This document shows positions 30,449 through 40,592 of a stretch of 64,000 nt of DNA, piece by piece (positions within the stretch are counted from its first letter, which is position 1; every line of letters begins with the position of its first letter). The DNA is taken from assembly GCA_026991555.1 (NCBI GenBank), contig JALXBI010000009.1:8984-72983 (forward strand), in the 5' to 3' direction. The notes beneath the pieces were generated by a model. The model saw nothing but the letters and a program-made list of their open reading frames with translations. It made no database searches and was not told the DNA's origin. Origin of the DNA: Candidatus Aminicenantes bacterium (GTDB lineage: Bacteria > Acidobacteriota > Aminicenantia > S016-38). The translations under genes were made by a program, and so were the position numbers.

Positions 30449-31551
30449 GCAGTTTTTTTTCCTTTCTGTTTTCCGCCTCCCCCTTTTTTTCCATAACCCT
30501 GGCTGAAGGGCTAATTCTGCTGGGCATCGTCCTTTGGGCAGGTAAGTTATACCGGGAAAGGAAGCTGGAAAGTCCGGGGTTTTTCTTTCCCCTGCTTGCC
30601 TTTGCCGTCTCCTCCATTACCACTGCCTTTTTATCCCTGAACCCCGAAGTAAGCATGAGGGATACCAGGGAAGTTTTCCTCTATCTTATTCCCCCTGTGG
30701 CCCTTATGTTGAAGGGAGAATGGCTGAAAAATGGGGTGGTATATGGAGGAGGACTGGCTGCTTTTCTGGGAATCCTCAGGGAGTTTTTCGTTAAGCAGGA
30801 AAGGCTCACGGGGTTTGTAGGGCATTACATGACCGAGGGCGGACTTATGATGATGGCCTTTCTTCTGGTTTTTTCCCTCATATTATTCGAAAAAGCAAGC
30901 TTGCCCTATTTTCTTTCCCTTTCTTTCATAACCATAGCCTTAGCCCTGACCCTGACCAGAAGCTCATGGGTGGGGGCTTTCTTGGGAGCCTGTTACCTCC
31001 TTTACAAGAAGAAAAAAATTCTTCTGGGCATTTTCATTCCCCTTACAATAGTAGCCGTTCTGATTTCCCCATCCAAGATTAGGCAGAGGGCCCTTTCCAT
31101 TTTTTCCAGGACCAATCCTACCAATGTGGAGAGAATAAATATGTGGAAAATAGGCCTGCGAATGGCCATGGTGAAACCCATTTTCGGAATAGGTCAGAAC
31201 ATGGCCTCCAGGGTTTATCCTGATTTTAACAGGAAGGGCCTTCCTCCCAGGGAGATTCCCCATTTGCACAATACCTATCTTCAACTGCTGGTGGAAAGGG
31301 GTATTGTGGGGCTGGGGCTCTTTCTCCTTTTCGTGCTCTGGGCTTTTCGCGAGATTCAAAAAAAGGGGAAAAGTGCGAAAACCCTTGGAGCCCTGGCAAT
31401 TCTCATAGGGTTTTTAACCTCAGGATTTTTCGAATACAATTTTGGGGACTCCGAGGTGAAAATTCTATTTCTCATCCTTCTGACCCTTCCCTTCATGAAT
31501 AAAAGGGAGGTAAACCATGATAAAAATTCCGCAGAAGTTAAGGCATTATGA
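30445..31551 (+). CDS. O-antigen ligase (Wzy_C) family protein
   Basis: LTRSSW, ERINMW, GIG, HLHNTYLQLLVERGIVG. Confidence 0.88.
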   Translation: MSSFFSFLFSASPFFSITLAEGLILLGIVLWAGKLYRERKLESPGFFFPLLAFAVSSITTAFLSLNPEVSMRDTREVFLYLIPPVALMLKGEWLKNGVVYGGGLAAFLGILREFFVKQERLTGFVGHYMTEGGLMMMAFLLVFSLILFEKASLPYFLSLSFITIALALTLTRSSWVGAFLGACYLLYKKKKILLGIFIPLTIVAVLISPSKIRQRALSIFSRTNPTNVERINMWKIGLRMAMVKPIFGIGQNMASRVYPDFNRKGLPPREIPHLHNTYLQLLVERGIVGLGLFLLFVLWAFREIQKKGKSAKTLGALAILIGFLTSGFFEYNFGDSEVKILFLILLTLPFMNKREVNHDKNSAEVKAL

Positions 31552-32626
31552 AGTTTATGTTCCAGGGAAGCCCCTGGAAGAGGCTCAGAGGGAGCTGGGA
31601 ATTGAGAAAATCATAAAACTTGCTTCCAACGAGAATCCCATAGGAGCTTCTCCCTTAGCCCTTAAGGCAATAAGGAAATGGATGGAAAGGGTTTACCTTT
31701 ATCCGGATTCAGCTTCCTATTATCTTTCCTCCAAGCTTTCATCCCTTTTTCGAATTCCTCCGGAGCAGATCCTGGTGGGTCCTGGTTCTGCGGTTATTGC
31801 CAAATGGATCGCTGCGGCATTGGTGGATGAGGGGGATGAAGCTATAACTTCGGATAAGACTTTTCTAATTTACAAAATAGCCATGCAGCAGACCCCCGGG
31901 AAACTGATCAGGGTGCCTGCAAAGGACTACGGTTATGACCTTGAGGGAATTCTTGCGAAGATAACCCCAAGGACCAAACTGATTTTCATTGCCAACCCCA
32001 ATAACCCCACTGGCACTCACCTTAAGGATGGGGAGTTCCGTGAATTCCTGAGAAAAGTTCCGGAGCATGTTCTTGTGGTTTATGATGAAGCCTACAGGGA
32101 ATATGTGGACACTGAGGACCATCCTAAAGGGGAAGAACTTTTGAGGGAAATTCCTAACTTAGTGGTTTTGAGAACCTTTTCAAAGATTTACGGCCTGGCC
32201 GGGATGAGGGTAGGATATGCTCTTTTCGGGGAAAGAGAAGTCAGGGAGGCGGTCTGGAAGGTGGTCCCTCCTTTTCCCGTAACCCTTCTTGCCCAGAAAG
32301 CTGCGGAGGCTGCCTTGGACGACGAGGAATTCGTTAGAAAAAGCGTGGAGGTAAACAAAAGGGGGAAGGAGTTCCTTTACAGGGAACTGGAAAGGCTGGG
32401 GCTCAAATTCCTGCCAACCCAGGGTAATTTCATTTTCATCATTCCTCCTGCAGATGCCAGGGAAGTGGTAAATCAGCTTTTTAAAAGGGGAATAATAGTT
32501 CGCCATACCAAGGCCTTTGATGCTCCGGAGGGCTTCAGGGTAACCGTAGGAACCGAGGAGCAGAACAGGGAGTTCATAAGAAATCTGGAGGAAATCCTTG
32601 GGGCGAAATCCAGCAATAGCCATTGA
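31517..32626 (+). CDS. hisC: Histidinol-phosphate aminotransferase
   Basis: KLASNENP, NPNNPTG, DEAY, RTFSKIYGLAGMRVGY. Confidence 0.92.
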   Translation: MIKIPQKLRHYEVYVPGKPLEEAQRELGIEKIIKLASNENPIGASPLALKAIRKWMERVYLYPDSASYYLSSKLSSLFRIPPEQILVGPGSAVIAKWIAAALVDEGDEAITSDKTFLIYKIAMQQTPGKLIRVPAKDYGYDLEGILAKITPRTKLIFIANPNNPTGTHLKDGEFREFLRKVPEHVLVVYDEAYREYVDTEDHPKGEELLREIPNLVVLRTFSKIYGLAGMRVGYALFGEREVREAVWKVVPPFPVTLLAQKAAEAALDDEEFVRKSVEVNKRGKEFLYRELERLGLKFLPTQGNFIFIIPPADAREVVNQLFKRGIIVRHTKAFDAPEGFRVTVGTEEQNREFIRNLEEILGAKSSNSH

Positions 32627-33245
32627 CGGTCCAGCAGGAGCAGGGAAAAGCACCTTAGCGAAGCTCCTTGCGGAAAGGCTTGGTTTCGTCTACGTGAACA
32701 CTGGCGCCATGTATAGGGCAGTTGCCCTTCTCTGGAAGGAAACAGGAGAGGAGCCAGAGAAAATTGCCCGACATCTGGACTTCGAGATGAGAGGCGATAG
32801 GGTATTCGTGGGAGGAAGGGATGTTACCGACCTTCTCTATACCCCTGAAATCTCCGACCTGTCTTCTAAGGTCTCTACCATACCCGGGGTAAGAAGGGCA
32901 CTGGTGGCCCTTCAGAGGGCCCAGCGGGAGAAATATCCCGTGGTGATGGAGGGAAGGGACATTGGAACCGTGGTATTTACGGACGCAGAGGTCAAGTTTT
33001 ATATAACCGCATCCAGCAGAGAAAGGGCCAGGCGAAGGAAATTGCAGTTCAACGACCCAAGACCCCTTAAGGTTATTGAGGAAGAGATAAGAAAAAGGGA
33101 CGAAAGGGATTCTACCCGGGAGGATTCTCCCCTCCGCAGGGCCCCGGACGCTATCCTCATAGATACAACCAACTTAAGAGTAGAAGAGGTTTTGAGGCTT
33201 ATGGAAAAATTTGTCAGGGAAAAACTAAAAAATATAATTGACTAA
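32598..33245 (+). CDS. cmk: Cytidylate kinase
   Basis: IAIDGPAGAGKST, TGAMYR, EGRDIGT. Confidence 0.96.
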   Translation: MGRNPAIAIDGPAGAGKSTLAKLLAERLGFVYVNTGAMYRAVALLWKETGEEPEKIARHLDFEMRGDRVFVGGRDVTDLLYTPEISDLSSKVSTIPGVRRALVALQRAQREKYPVVMEGRDIGTVVFTDAEVKFYITASSRERARRRKLQFNDPRPLKVIEEEIRKRDERDSTREDSPLRRAPDAILIDTTNLRVEEVLRLMEKFVREKLKNIID

Positions 33246-33258
33246 AAAAGGAGGTGAC

Positions 33259-33645
33259 ATGAGTTTAGCTTATCTTTTAACAGGGTATGGGATTCTTGTC
33301 CTTCTGGTTTCCCTGTTGGTGGCTGCTCTTTTCCTCTGGATAGGAGCTAAGATAGCTCAAATTGGGGGAACTACTTTTCTGAAGGCTTTGCTTGCGGTTT
33401 TTCTCGGGACGATTGCCATGGGCATACTGGCCCTTGTGCCAATAGTGGGCTGGCTCCTGGGTTTAGCGGCCTACATAGCGATCATTAAATATGTATTTAA
33501 CACCGATTGGGTAAAGGCCATAATAGCCTGGCTTATTTCCTTCGTGGCAGCCATTATCGTAGGGGTTATTCTTGGGGCTATTTTGGGAATTTCCATAGCC
33601 TCCATGGCTCATACTAAGGCTGCCCTTCTTTATCTTCTCGCGTAA
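33259..33645 (+). CDS. Small multi-pass membrane protein
   Basis: GGAGGTG SD before ATG 33259; about 4 TM segments. Confidence 0.7.
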   Translation: MSLAYLLTGYGILVLLVSLLVAALFLWIGAKIAQIGGTTFLKALLAVFLGTIAMGILALVPIVGWLLGLAAYIAIIKYVFNTDWVKAIIAWLISFVAAIIVGVILGAILGISIASMAHTKAALLYLLA

Positions 33646-34673
33646 GTTCTTCTCCGTTCTTCTTTAACTCCTAAGACAAACTCCTCTGCTTCAAGAAGGA
33701 GGAGAAGTATAACGAAGGAGGAAAAGAGGGGAGCGCTGATTTTCCCTGGAAAATGGGAGGAGAAACTCAGGAGAATAGCCACTGAAAGGGGAGAAAGCGA
33801 TAGGAAGCCTGTTTCTCTGAGGGCAAATCCGTATATGGATTTGGCTACAAAGAATAGGGCCGCGATTTTAACCCCTTTCCATGAGGCTATGGCCGGAAAA
33901 TTAAGGCCTAAATAAAGCAGAAGGAAGGTAAAAACGGGTTTCTCTAAGGATATCAGTTTCGGAATGAACCTTTCCATACCCACCATTTTGGGCAGATTTG
34001 AGTAGAGCAGCCCTGCTCCGAAGCCCACGAAAATAGGGGAGAGAAGGAGATAGGAGGCGGTCCCAGAGGAAAAAAGGATTAGACCCAGGAGCAGGGCAAT
34101 TTTTTCCCCCTCGGAACTGCGGATTCCCATTACCAGATAGGCTATTACTCCGAAGGCCAGAGCAAGTCCCAGATGATAAAACAGGGAGGACAGAATATTT
34201 CCCCTCCCCAAGGAAAAGGCAACGGCCAGGAAGGGTATGGCCAGAAGTTCCCAGAGGGCCACGGTTATTTTCATATAACTCTTTATCCCGTAAAGAGAGA
34301 CCAAGGAAACGGATACGGAGAATATAATGCATGAAGCCAGGTCCCCGGTGAAAAACCAGGAAAGTATAAAGAAAAAGGCCAAAGTTGGCAGGAAATAAAC
34401 AACGGAGCGACCAATCTGGAGCCTTCCCCTGAGCCTTGAAAAATCTAAGGAGGCCCCTTCCAGAAACCCTACCGCCCCTAAGGAAAACAAAAGAAAAGGT
34501 CTCAGGAGGGATGTGCCCCCTTCCATGACCGGGTAAAAACTCATTCCAGCAAGAACATAGAAAATCACCCATAGTGGGTAGGAAGCTCTCTCCATTCTAA
34601 GGGCCTTCTTGCCCACCACTATGAGGAAAATTACCAGGAGAAAGCCCAGCAGAATTTTCAGGGGAAGGCTCAA
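33630..34673 (-). CDS. Multi-pass membrane protein, cation:proton antiporter-like
   Basis: Many TMs; GFLEGASLD and LLSPIFVGFGAG segments resemble the CPA fold. Confidence 0.5.
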   Translation of the reverse strand: MSLPLKILLGFLLVIFLIVVGKKALRMERASYPLWVIFYVLAGMSFYPVMEGGTSLLRPFLLFSLGAVGFLEGASLDFSRLRGRLQIGRSVVYFLPTLAFFFILSWFFTGDLASCIIFSVSVSLVSLYGIKSYMKITVALWELLAIPFLAVAFSLGRGNILSSLFYHLGLALAFGVIAYLVMGIRSSEGEKIALLLGLILFSSGTASYLLLSPIFVGFGAGLLYSNLPKMVGMERFIPKLISLEKPVFTFLLLYLGLNFPAIASWKGVKIAALFFVAKSIYGFALRETGFLSLSPLSVAILLSFSSHFPGKISAPLFSSFVILLLLLEAEEFVLGVKEERRRTYARR

Positions 34674-35191
34674 GGTTTTCCCCCGGAAAAACCCCAGTCC
34701 TGGATTTTTTCGCCTAAGACAAAATAGGCCATGGGCCTGTAGGTTGCCAGGATGAAGTCCTGGGGTTTTACCCCTTCCTTGGCCCAGATTTTCTTGACTT
34801 CACCTAAAATAATCAGGTGATCCGTGAACTGAACTTCCTGCAAATATACGGCTTCAAGGGCAAGGGGAGCCGTTTCTATTATGGGAGCCTTGATGGTGGA
34901 GGAGGCAGTCCAGGGAAAGAAGTTGGACTTGTCCGCCCTCCTTCCGCTTACCATGCCGGCGGCGTCTGCTCCCCTCAGCATATCCCTTCCCACGAAGTTT
35001 ACGGTAAAATCCCCGGTTTCCTTTATCAATTTGTAGGTGTGCCTTTTTTTCTTTATCCCTATGCCTATTACCGGGGGATGCTCGTTGAACTGGCCGTAGA
35101 ATATGTAGGTGGAGGGGTTGGGGGAATTGCCTGAGACCACGACCACCAAGGGATATGGCACTGGAAATTGGGAGCTTTTCCACTCAATCAT
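34670..35191 (-). CDS. Flavin reductase (flavoredoxin-like) family
   Basis: PYPLVVV, HPPVIGI, HTYKLI..GDFTVN, DHLIILGEV. Confidence 0.88.
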   Translation of the reverse strand: MIEWKSSQFPVPYPLVVVVSGNSPNPSTYIFYGQFNEHPPVIGIGIKKKRHTYKLIKETGDFTVNFVGRDMLRGADAAGMVSGRRADKSNFFPWTASSTIKAPIIETAPLALEAVYLQEVQFTDHLIILGEVKKIWAKEGVKPQDFILATYRPMAYFVLGEKIQDWGFSGGKP

Positions 35192-36311
35192 AGGCCTTTT
35201 CCAGTATTTTTCTCAAATCTTCCCGGGTTAAGCCCACGCTTTCCAGCCTGTCCCTGCTGGTCTCCCAGGCTTTTTCCTCCACCAAGCTCAGGTCCTCGGC
35301 GCCTAATCCCTTGAGGGTTTGCTTTAAGCCCTGTTTTTCCATCCATCCCCTCCATTCGGAAATTCCAGTTTCCCAGTGATAAACGTCAAACAGGGCTTTG
35401 GTTAAAGATGAGATCCTTTGGGGCCTTTTCTCCCCCACCACCTGCAGATAAGGAATCAGCAGGGCTGCCAGGCCGCTTCCATGGCTTATAAAATCGTAAA
35501 CCCCGGATAGGGCGTGCTCTATGCCATGGAGCACGAAATGACCTCCTCTTCCAGCGGAAAGGAAAGGGGAAATGGCCAATGTTGAAGCCCAGCAAAGGAT
35601 TTCCATGGCTTCCCTGTCTCCAGACGAGACCCTTTCCCATGCCTCCATGACCTGCTTTATGATCACCTCGGTAAATCCGTTTTGCAAAATTGCCTCCTCT
35701 CCGGATATATAACCTTCCAGGGCATGAGAAATTATATCCACCACCCCGTCCTTGATTATTTTTACTGGAAGGCTGTGGGTTAGAATGGGGTCCCAGAGGG
35801 CAAGCCTGGGCCAGAAGTAGGGGGAATATAGTCCCTTCTTTTCTTTGGTCTCCGGATTGGATATAACAGCATAGGGGTCCGCCTCAGAGCCCGAGGCAGG
35901 CACCGTGGGGATGGTTATAAGGGGAAGTGAGGCCCTGAATTTTCTTTCTCCTGTAGCATATTCCCAGGGGGAGCCTTCGCTTAATGCCATGGCCGCCACA
36001 TATTTGGCTGCGTCCATTGCTGAACCCCCTCCCAGGGCAATAACTGCATCTGGTTTTTCCTCCCTGGCCAGGGATACGGCATCTTCCACCTCTGGAACCT
36101 TGGGATTCGGCGTTATTCCCTTAAAATGGATGAGCCTCTTCCCTGGAAGCTGCTCCTTTAAAGCATCAACCAATCCGTGCTCCTGGGCGAACCTTCTCCC
36201 TGTGATGAGGAGGAATTTTTCTCCGAAGGGGGATATTAATTCTCCTGCCTTCTTGAAAACTCCTTTTTTAAAAACTATTCTGGTGGGAAACAGAAATTCA
36301 AAATCCCTCAT
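35184..36311 (-). CDS. Iron-containing alcohol dehydrogenase
   Basis: GGGSAMDAAK, IPT..SGSE, DIISHALE, HGIEH, HG. Confidence 0.93.
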   Translation of the reverse strand: MRDFEFLFPTRIVFKKGVFKKAGELISPFGEKFLLITGRRFAQEHGLVDALKEQLPGKRLIHFKGITPNPKVPEVEDAVSLAREEKPDAVIALGGGSAMDAAKYVAAMALSEGSPWEYATGERKFRASLPLITIPTVPASGSEADPYAVISNPETKEKKGLYSPYFWPRLALWDPILTHSLPVKIIKDGVVDIISHALEGYISGEEAILQNGFTEVIIKQVMEAWERVSSGDREAMEILCWASTLAISPFLSAGRGGHFVLHGIEHALSGVYDFISHGSGLAALLIPYLQVVGEKRPQRISSLTKALFDVYHWETGISEWRGWMEKQGLKQTLKGLGAEDLSLVEEKAWETSRDRLESVGLTREDLRKILEKAYD

Positions 36312-36320
36312 GGGGAAATT

Positions 36321-39300
36321 TTACCATACGGGTCTTAGGGCCATTTGTGAAATTTCACCGGATTTTTCGTGAAAAATGAATTTTACGCCCTTTCTCTTGG
36401 AGAGCAGGAAATCAGCATGGGCTTTTATGAATTTCTTCCCGCAGTAAATCAGGTAGGAGAGGAATTTTCCCGAAGCCGTCTCGTCCATGTATTCGGGAAC
36501 TTCCGTGGAGATGGGTATGGGGGTTTTCAGCCCCCTCTTCCTTCCGCTTTTCCAGTAAATGTTATAACCATGGACGGGCTCCATTTTGAAGGCGTGGGGA
36601 TTCCACCTTTCGGCCCAGCGGTAATACCGCTGGTAAAGCCTGCGGTTAAATTCGTCTATTTTCTTATCCGCCGAAAGGGTTTTTGCCAGGTATTCCATGA
36701 GCGCCCTGCTCATTTTTGAGTAGCTGGGATTCAGGGGGTTTTCCAGGGAGGAGAAATAGAAGAAATGTCCCCTGGGTATCCAGTAGTTCCTGTATGGGAA
36801 GGGAAGATAGCCTGTAAACTGCTGCACCCATTCGTGGGAGGGGTACCCGTGTAGGTTCAGGAATATATCCCCTTTCCACCGTTTTAGGAGCACATGGCGG
36901 GCAAACCCCTCAGGGACAAAGGGGGAAAATTTCTTTATGTGATAGCCCACATCAGCCCCCAGGGCATTATACCTTCCTGCGTGGAGGGAATGGATAGGGC
37001 TTTCCTTTTCCATCATCTTTAAGGAAATGGCAGCCCCATCCGGATTCTCCATGGGTATGGCTACATAGTTTATTTTTGAAGGGGGATTCTGGTTAAGGAA
37101 TTCCAGAAGGTAGGAGGTGGAGGAGACCTCATTGGCGTGCTGGCGGGCATTGAGGAGGAGGGTTGGTTTTTTCAGGAAGAAATGGGAGGGTGAATATCGG
37201 GGGGTTTTAGCCGTCAATTTCTCCACAATGTATATTTTCCTCCCCAAGAAACTTTCTGCCACAGGATAATAGAACCTGAAATTCATGGCTAAGCATTCCA
37301 CCTGGGCAGGGGAAAGGGGTTTTTCCCAATCGGGTTTTTCCCCCTTGCAGGAAGGTTTTTCAAAAATTCCCTTAAGGGAGAAATTCTTCGCATTATCCTT
37401 GAATTTCAGGGTGAGGATAAGGTTTACGGGAAAGGTTAGTTTTTTAATCCGGGAAATTCCCCTGGCATAGAGCTTATAATCCTCCTCCTTCTCAAAGGTG
37501 AATTTCACCCAGAGGTGGTTCTTGCTCCATCCCATTAACTCCCTTTTTATCTTTCCTTCAGGATAGAATCTTTCCAATTGTTTATTTCTAAGGTAAAGGC
37601 CGGGTTTCCTGTAATCGTAAACCCTTATAGAGAACCTGAATCCCCGGGAGCCTGTCCTTATGTAGGGGATTATTGCTCCTGGATAAAGATTTCTCCTTAT
37701 GTTTCCCCCGTCCTCACCGGGTTTCAGTATCCGGGAAAGGAAGTAGAGGGTGAAGAAATAAATTTCGTCGTGGAAGGCCTCGGTGGAACTTACCATTTCC
37801 CGGTCAATTCCCAGGGTGAAGTCCGGTTCCGGGGCCTGGAAATTGACCTCTATAAAGGAGAAAAAGGGCTGTTTATCCCAGGTGGGTTTCCCCATGGTTT
37901 TCCTCATTATGAAGTTCCAGAGCCAGGGGAGGAATTTTTTCCTGTAGAATTCCCATGCCATTTCAGGATCTGTTTTTATCCTTTTAGAAAGCACCGGATA
38001 CTTATCCCGCCAGGCCGTCACCCAACCCTCTACCCTGGGGAAGGGATCCCGGATAACAGGGGGATTAAGGAGGAATGAGCCGAGGCTCCTTCCCTTCCTG
38101 AAGGCCTCAACCCTGTATAAGGGGCCGTTCTTCTCCAGGACAAACTCTATCCTGGACAATGGAATGCCCAGTTCCTTAGAGATGACCTCGTCCACAGGAT
38201 AAAGTTCGTAAAGGAACTGTTTCGGGGAACTGATTATATCCCCTCCCTTTCCGGGCAGCACCTTCCTTACATGGATTACCACCCGGTCCGCTCCCTTTAT
38301 TTTCGGCAGAACCTCCTCCCTTATCCAGAAAAACCCGGTTTTGTAACTGGAGCGGATCTTAATCTTACCCCCCAATTCCCTTTCCAGTTTTTTTCTTCTT
38401 TCTGGACTTTCGCTTAAATAGGCTACTGCCTTAGTATATTTCACTCCTTTTAGGGCTTCCTTTAACCTTTCCCCTTCGTCCTTGTCGGTAATTTCCTTGG
38501 AGTATACAGGGTATTTCCCGTAGGTCTCCCCGGAAACGAAGGGCCTGGCTATGTGTTCGGAAAGCAGCGCCCTCTGGGCTTCCTTAGGTAGGGCATAAAG
38601 GTATTTGTGAAGGTAAAAATCCAGATAATATATGTTCTTTTCCCTCCTCAGGGCAGGGAACATGAAATTTTCGGAAAACTCCTGGGCACAATCCGGGGAG
38701 AGGAACCAGAATTTTTTACCCTTTTCCAGACAAAGACCCATGGAGGGCTCCGAGGATGCATGTTCCTCGCTGAGAGGCCCTTTTCCTATAACCACAGCGG
38801 TCCTTTCAGGGGGAAGGTCCTTTTGGGAAAGATAGGTAAAGGGGAAATGGGCTTCTGTGGCTGAAAGCCCTGCCCTGAAGGCAAAGGCAATGGCACCCTT
38901 GCCGGCCCGTTTTTCTATAATCAGAGCCAGAGGGGATGCGAAAATATCCTCAAGGGAGGGGACAGCTCTTTTTTTCTTTTCAGGAGGAAACTCCCCATAG
39001 GAGGGTCTGAAGAATTCCTCAGGAGCCCCCCACCGGTCAAGGGAAATTCTCCGGTCCTTCTGAACGAAAACCAGCTTTCTTATATAGGGATAATTCAAAA
39101 TAAAGGGTTTTTCCCCTTTATTCCTGGCCTCCCTGAGCTTTTCTATGAACTTCCTCAGGGAGGAAAAATCCCCCTTTACCTTGAAGGCCGCTTCCTCAAT
39201 TTCCCCCCTTTTTATGTATGTGGAAGAGAGGGGTGAGGTTCTGGCGCGTATTCTTAATCCCTTTAGATAAAGTTTAATCTTCACCCCTTCCCGAAGGAGC

Positions 39301-39740
39301 TGGTTTTCCCACTGGCTTGCCAATCCTTTCCAGGTAATGGCATCATCCCCCTCGACCTTCCAGACATAGGGCCATCGGTCAAAGAACTCCTTAGCTGCGA
39401 GAAATCCCGTGTTATCGTTTCCTTCCACCAGGATGTCCCTGCCTTCCAGCCTTACGGCCCCAACCTTCATGGGAAGCTGCCTGTTCCTCCTGAGGATGAT
39501 TCTCCTTTTCCCCTTTTCCAGCATGTTTATGTATTCTCCTGAGTAGAACCCAAGCTTATAGGCTATTTCGGAGGCTACCGCCACCTGAACCCTATCCTCC
39601 CCGTCTAAGACGAAATAATAGGGGGAGGAATCGTAAACCCCATCGTGATTGCTATCCCTGAGAACCAGGGAGACGAGGTTTTCAAGCCCGGCTCCCTGGA
39701 GAATAAAGGCGAGAATTAAAACGAAATAAAATCTCCTCAT
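36321..39740 (-). CDS. Large secreted M14-family Zn carboxypeptidase-like protein
   Basis: Signal peptide; C-terminal ARQHANE, NPDG, RYNA, NLHGYP. Confidence 0.8.
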   Translation of the reverse strand: MRRFYFVLILAFILQGAGLENLVSLVLRDSNHDGVYDSSPYYFVLDGEDRVQVAVASEIAYKLGFYSGEYINMLEKGKRRIILRRNRQLPMKVGAVRLEGRDILVEGNDNTGFLAAKEFFDRWPYVWKVEGDDAITWKGLASQWENQLLREGVKIKLYLKGLRIRARTSPLSSTYIKRGEIEEAAFKVKGDFSSLRKFIEKLREARNKGEKPFILNYPYIRKLVFVQKDRRISLDRWGAPEEFFRPSYGEFPPEKKKRAVPSLEDIFASPLALIIEKRAGKGAIAFAFRAGLSATEAHFPFTYLSQKDLPPERTAVVIGKGPLSEEHASSEPSMGLCLEKGKKFWFLSPDCAQEFSENFMFPALRREKNIYYLDFYLHKYLYALPKEAQRALLSEHIARPFVSGETYGKYPVYSKEITDKDEGERLKEALKGVKYTKAVAYLSESPERRKKLERELGGKIKIRSSYKTGFFWIREEVLPKIKGADRVVIHVRKVLPGKGGDIISSPKQFLYELYPVDEVISKELGIPLSRIEFVLEKNGPLYRVEAFRKGRSLGSFLLNPPVIRDPFPRVEGWVTAWRDKYPVLSKRIKTDPEMAWEFYRKKFLPWLWNFIMRKTMGKPTWDKQPFFSFIEVNFQAPEPDFTLGIDREMVSSTEAFHDEIYFFTLYFLSRILKPGEDGGNIRRNLYPGAIIPYIRTGSRGFRFSIRVYDYRKPGLYLRNKQLERFYPEGKIKRELMGWSKNHLWVKFTFEKEEDYKLYARGISRIKKLTFPVNLILTLKFKDNAKNFSLKGIFEKPSCKGEKPDWEKPLSPAQVECLAMNFRFYYPVAESFLGRKIYIVEKLTAKTPRYSPSHFFLKKPTLLLNARQHANEVSSTSYLLEFLNQNPPSKINYVAIPMENPDGAAISLKMMEKESPIHSLHAGRYNALGADVGYHIKKFSPFVPEGFARHVLLKRWKGDIFLNLHGYPSHEWVQQFTGYLPFPYRNYWIPRGHFFYFSSLENPLNPSYSKMSRALMEYLAKTLSADKKIDEFNRRLYQRYYRWAERWNPHAFKMEPVHGYNIYWKSGRKRGLKTPIPISTEVPEYMDETASGKFLSYLIYCGKKFIKAHADFLLSKRKGVKFIFHEKSGEISQMALRPVW

Positions 39741-40204
39741 GCTGTCCTCCCATTTTTTCTCATGAGAACCTCTATGATTAATTCCCTTGCGAAGAAATTT
39801 TCCCCCCTTCCGGTTACCGCATCAAACACCTTTATGTCGTATCCGGATTTTTTCCTGAGGTAATACACCAGAAAGGGGTAGAGAATTTTTCCCTGGTATT
39901 CTAAGCTTTCCAGGCGAATTCCGGAAAAAATGCCCGCCGGAAACCTGGCCTCGGAAAGAACAATCTGTTTTGCCTGCTCAGGACTTATTCTGTGGGGGAA
40001 ATTCCCCTGGAAATCCCCGCCCTTTTCCATTACTTCCTCATCCAGTCTTGAAATCTTTCCCCTCAAGGCGTCAACCATGAATAAAATATGACTGCTGGAA
40101 TAGGAAGCTTTGAAAAGGTAAAAGGGAAGGTAGAGGATTTCCTTTTTCAGATAAGATTTCGGGGGTTTTTTCGCCTCCTTCCTCCGGGGCATTATCCGTC
40201 TCAT
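39737..40204 (-). CDS. Hypothetical protein
   Basis: Coupled ORF with two internal half-repeats (YLPF..VDALRG / LYPF..FDAVTG). Confidence 0.6.
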   Translation of the reverse strand: MRRIMPRRKEAKKPPKSYLKKEILYLPFYLFKASYSSSHILFMVDALRGKISRLDEEVMEKGGDFQGNFPHRISPEQAKQIVLSEARFPAGIFSGIRLESLEYQGKILYPFLVYYLRKKSGYDIKVFDAVTGRGENFFARELIIEVLMRKNGRTA

Positions 40205-40380
40205 CTGGTTTTCCGGTCAAGATAGAAAAACAGGGCCGCCATAGCCAGGAGAACCCCTCCGGAGGCTAAGTTCACCAGCCTGGAAATTTTCTCCTCCACG
40301 AGGAAGGCGGATAGAAATACGATGAGGCCGAAAAGCCCCCAGAAGGCGCTTATTATACCGAAGGCCCGGAGTTTTTTCAT
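40201..40380 (-). CDS. Small 2-TM membrane protein
   Basis: MKKLRAFGII..., 59 aa, GGGGG before the ATG at 40380. Confidence 0.55.
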   Translation of the reverse strand: MKKLRAFGIISAFWGLFGLIVFLSAFLVEEKISRLVNLASGGVLLAMAALFFYLDRKTR

Positions 40381-40388
40381 CTTTCCCC

Positions 40389-40592
40389 CTAAAAAATCAG
40401 ATAAAGGAAAATTTGAATTCCTATAAGGAGCATCGCCCACCATCTCAGGTCCCTCCAGCCCTTCCTGTCCGGGGCTCCTCTGTATATGAATTCCCTGGGA
40501 CGGGTGATGACCCATAGGGCAAGTAAGAGGTAAAGGGAGATAGAAAGCACCTTGGCCCAGAAAAGTGGTATGCTCCTTAAAAATTCACCCAT
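40389..40592 (-). CDS. Small 2-TM membrane protein (SSS-associated)
   Basis: 67 aa, WRDLRWWA, coupled to the SSS gene. Confidence 0.65.
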   Translation of the reverse strand: MGEFLRSIPLFWAKVLSISLYLLLALWVITRPREFIYRGAPDRKGWRDLRWWAMLLIGIQIFLYLIF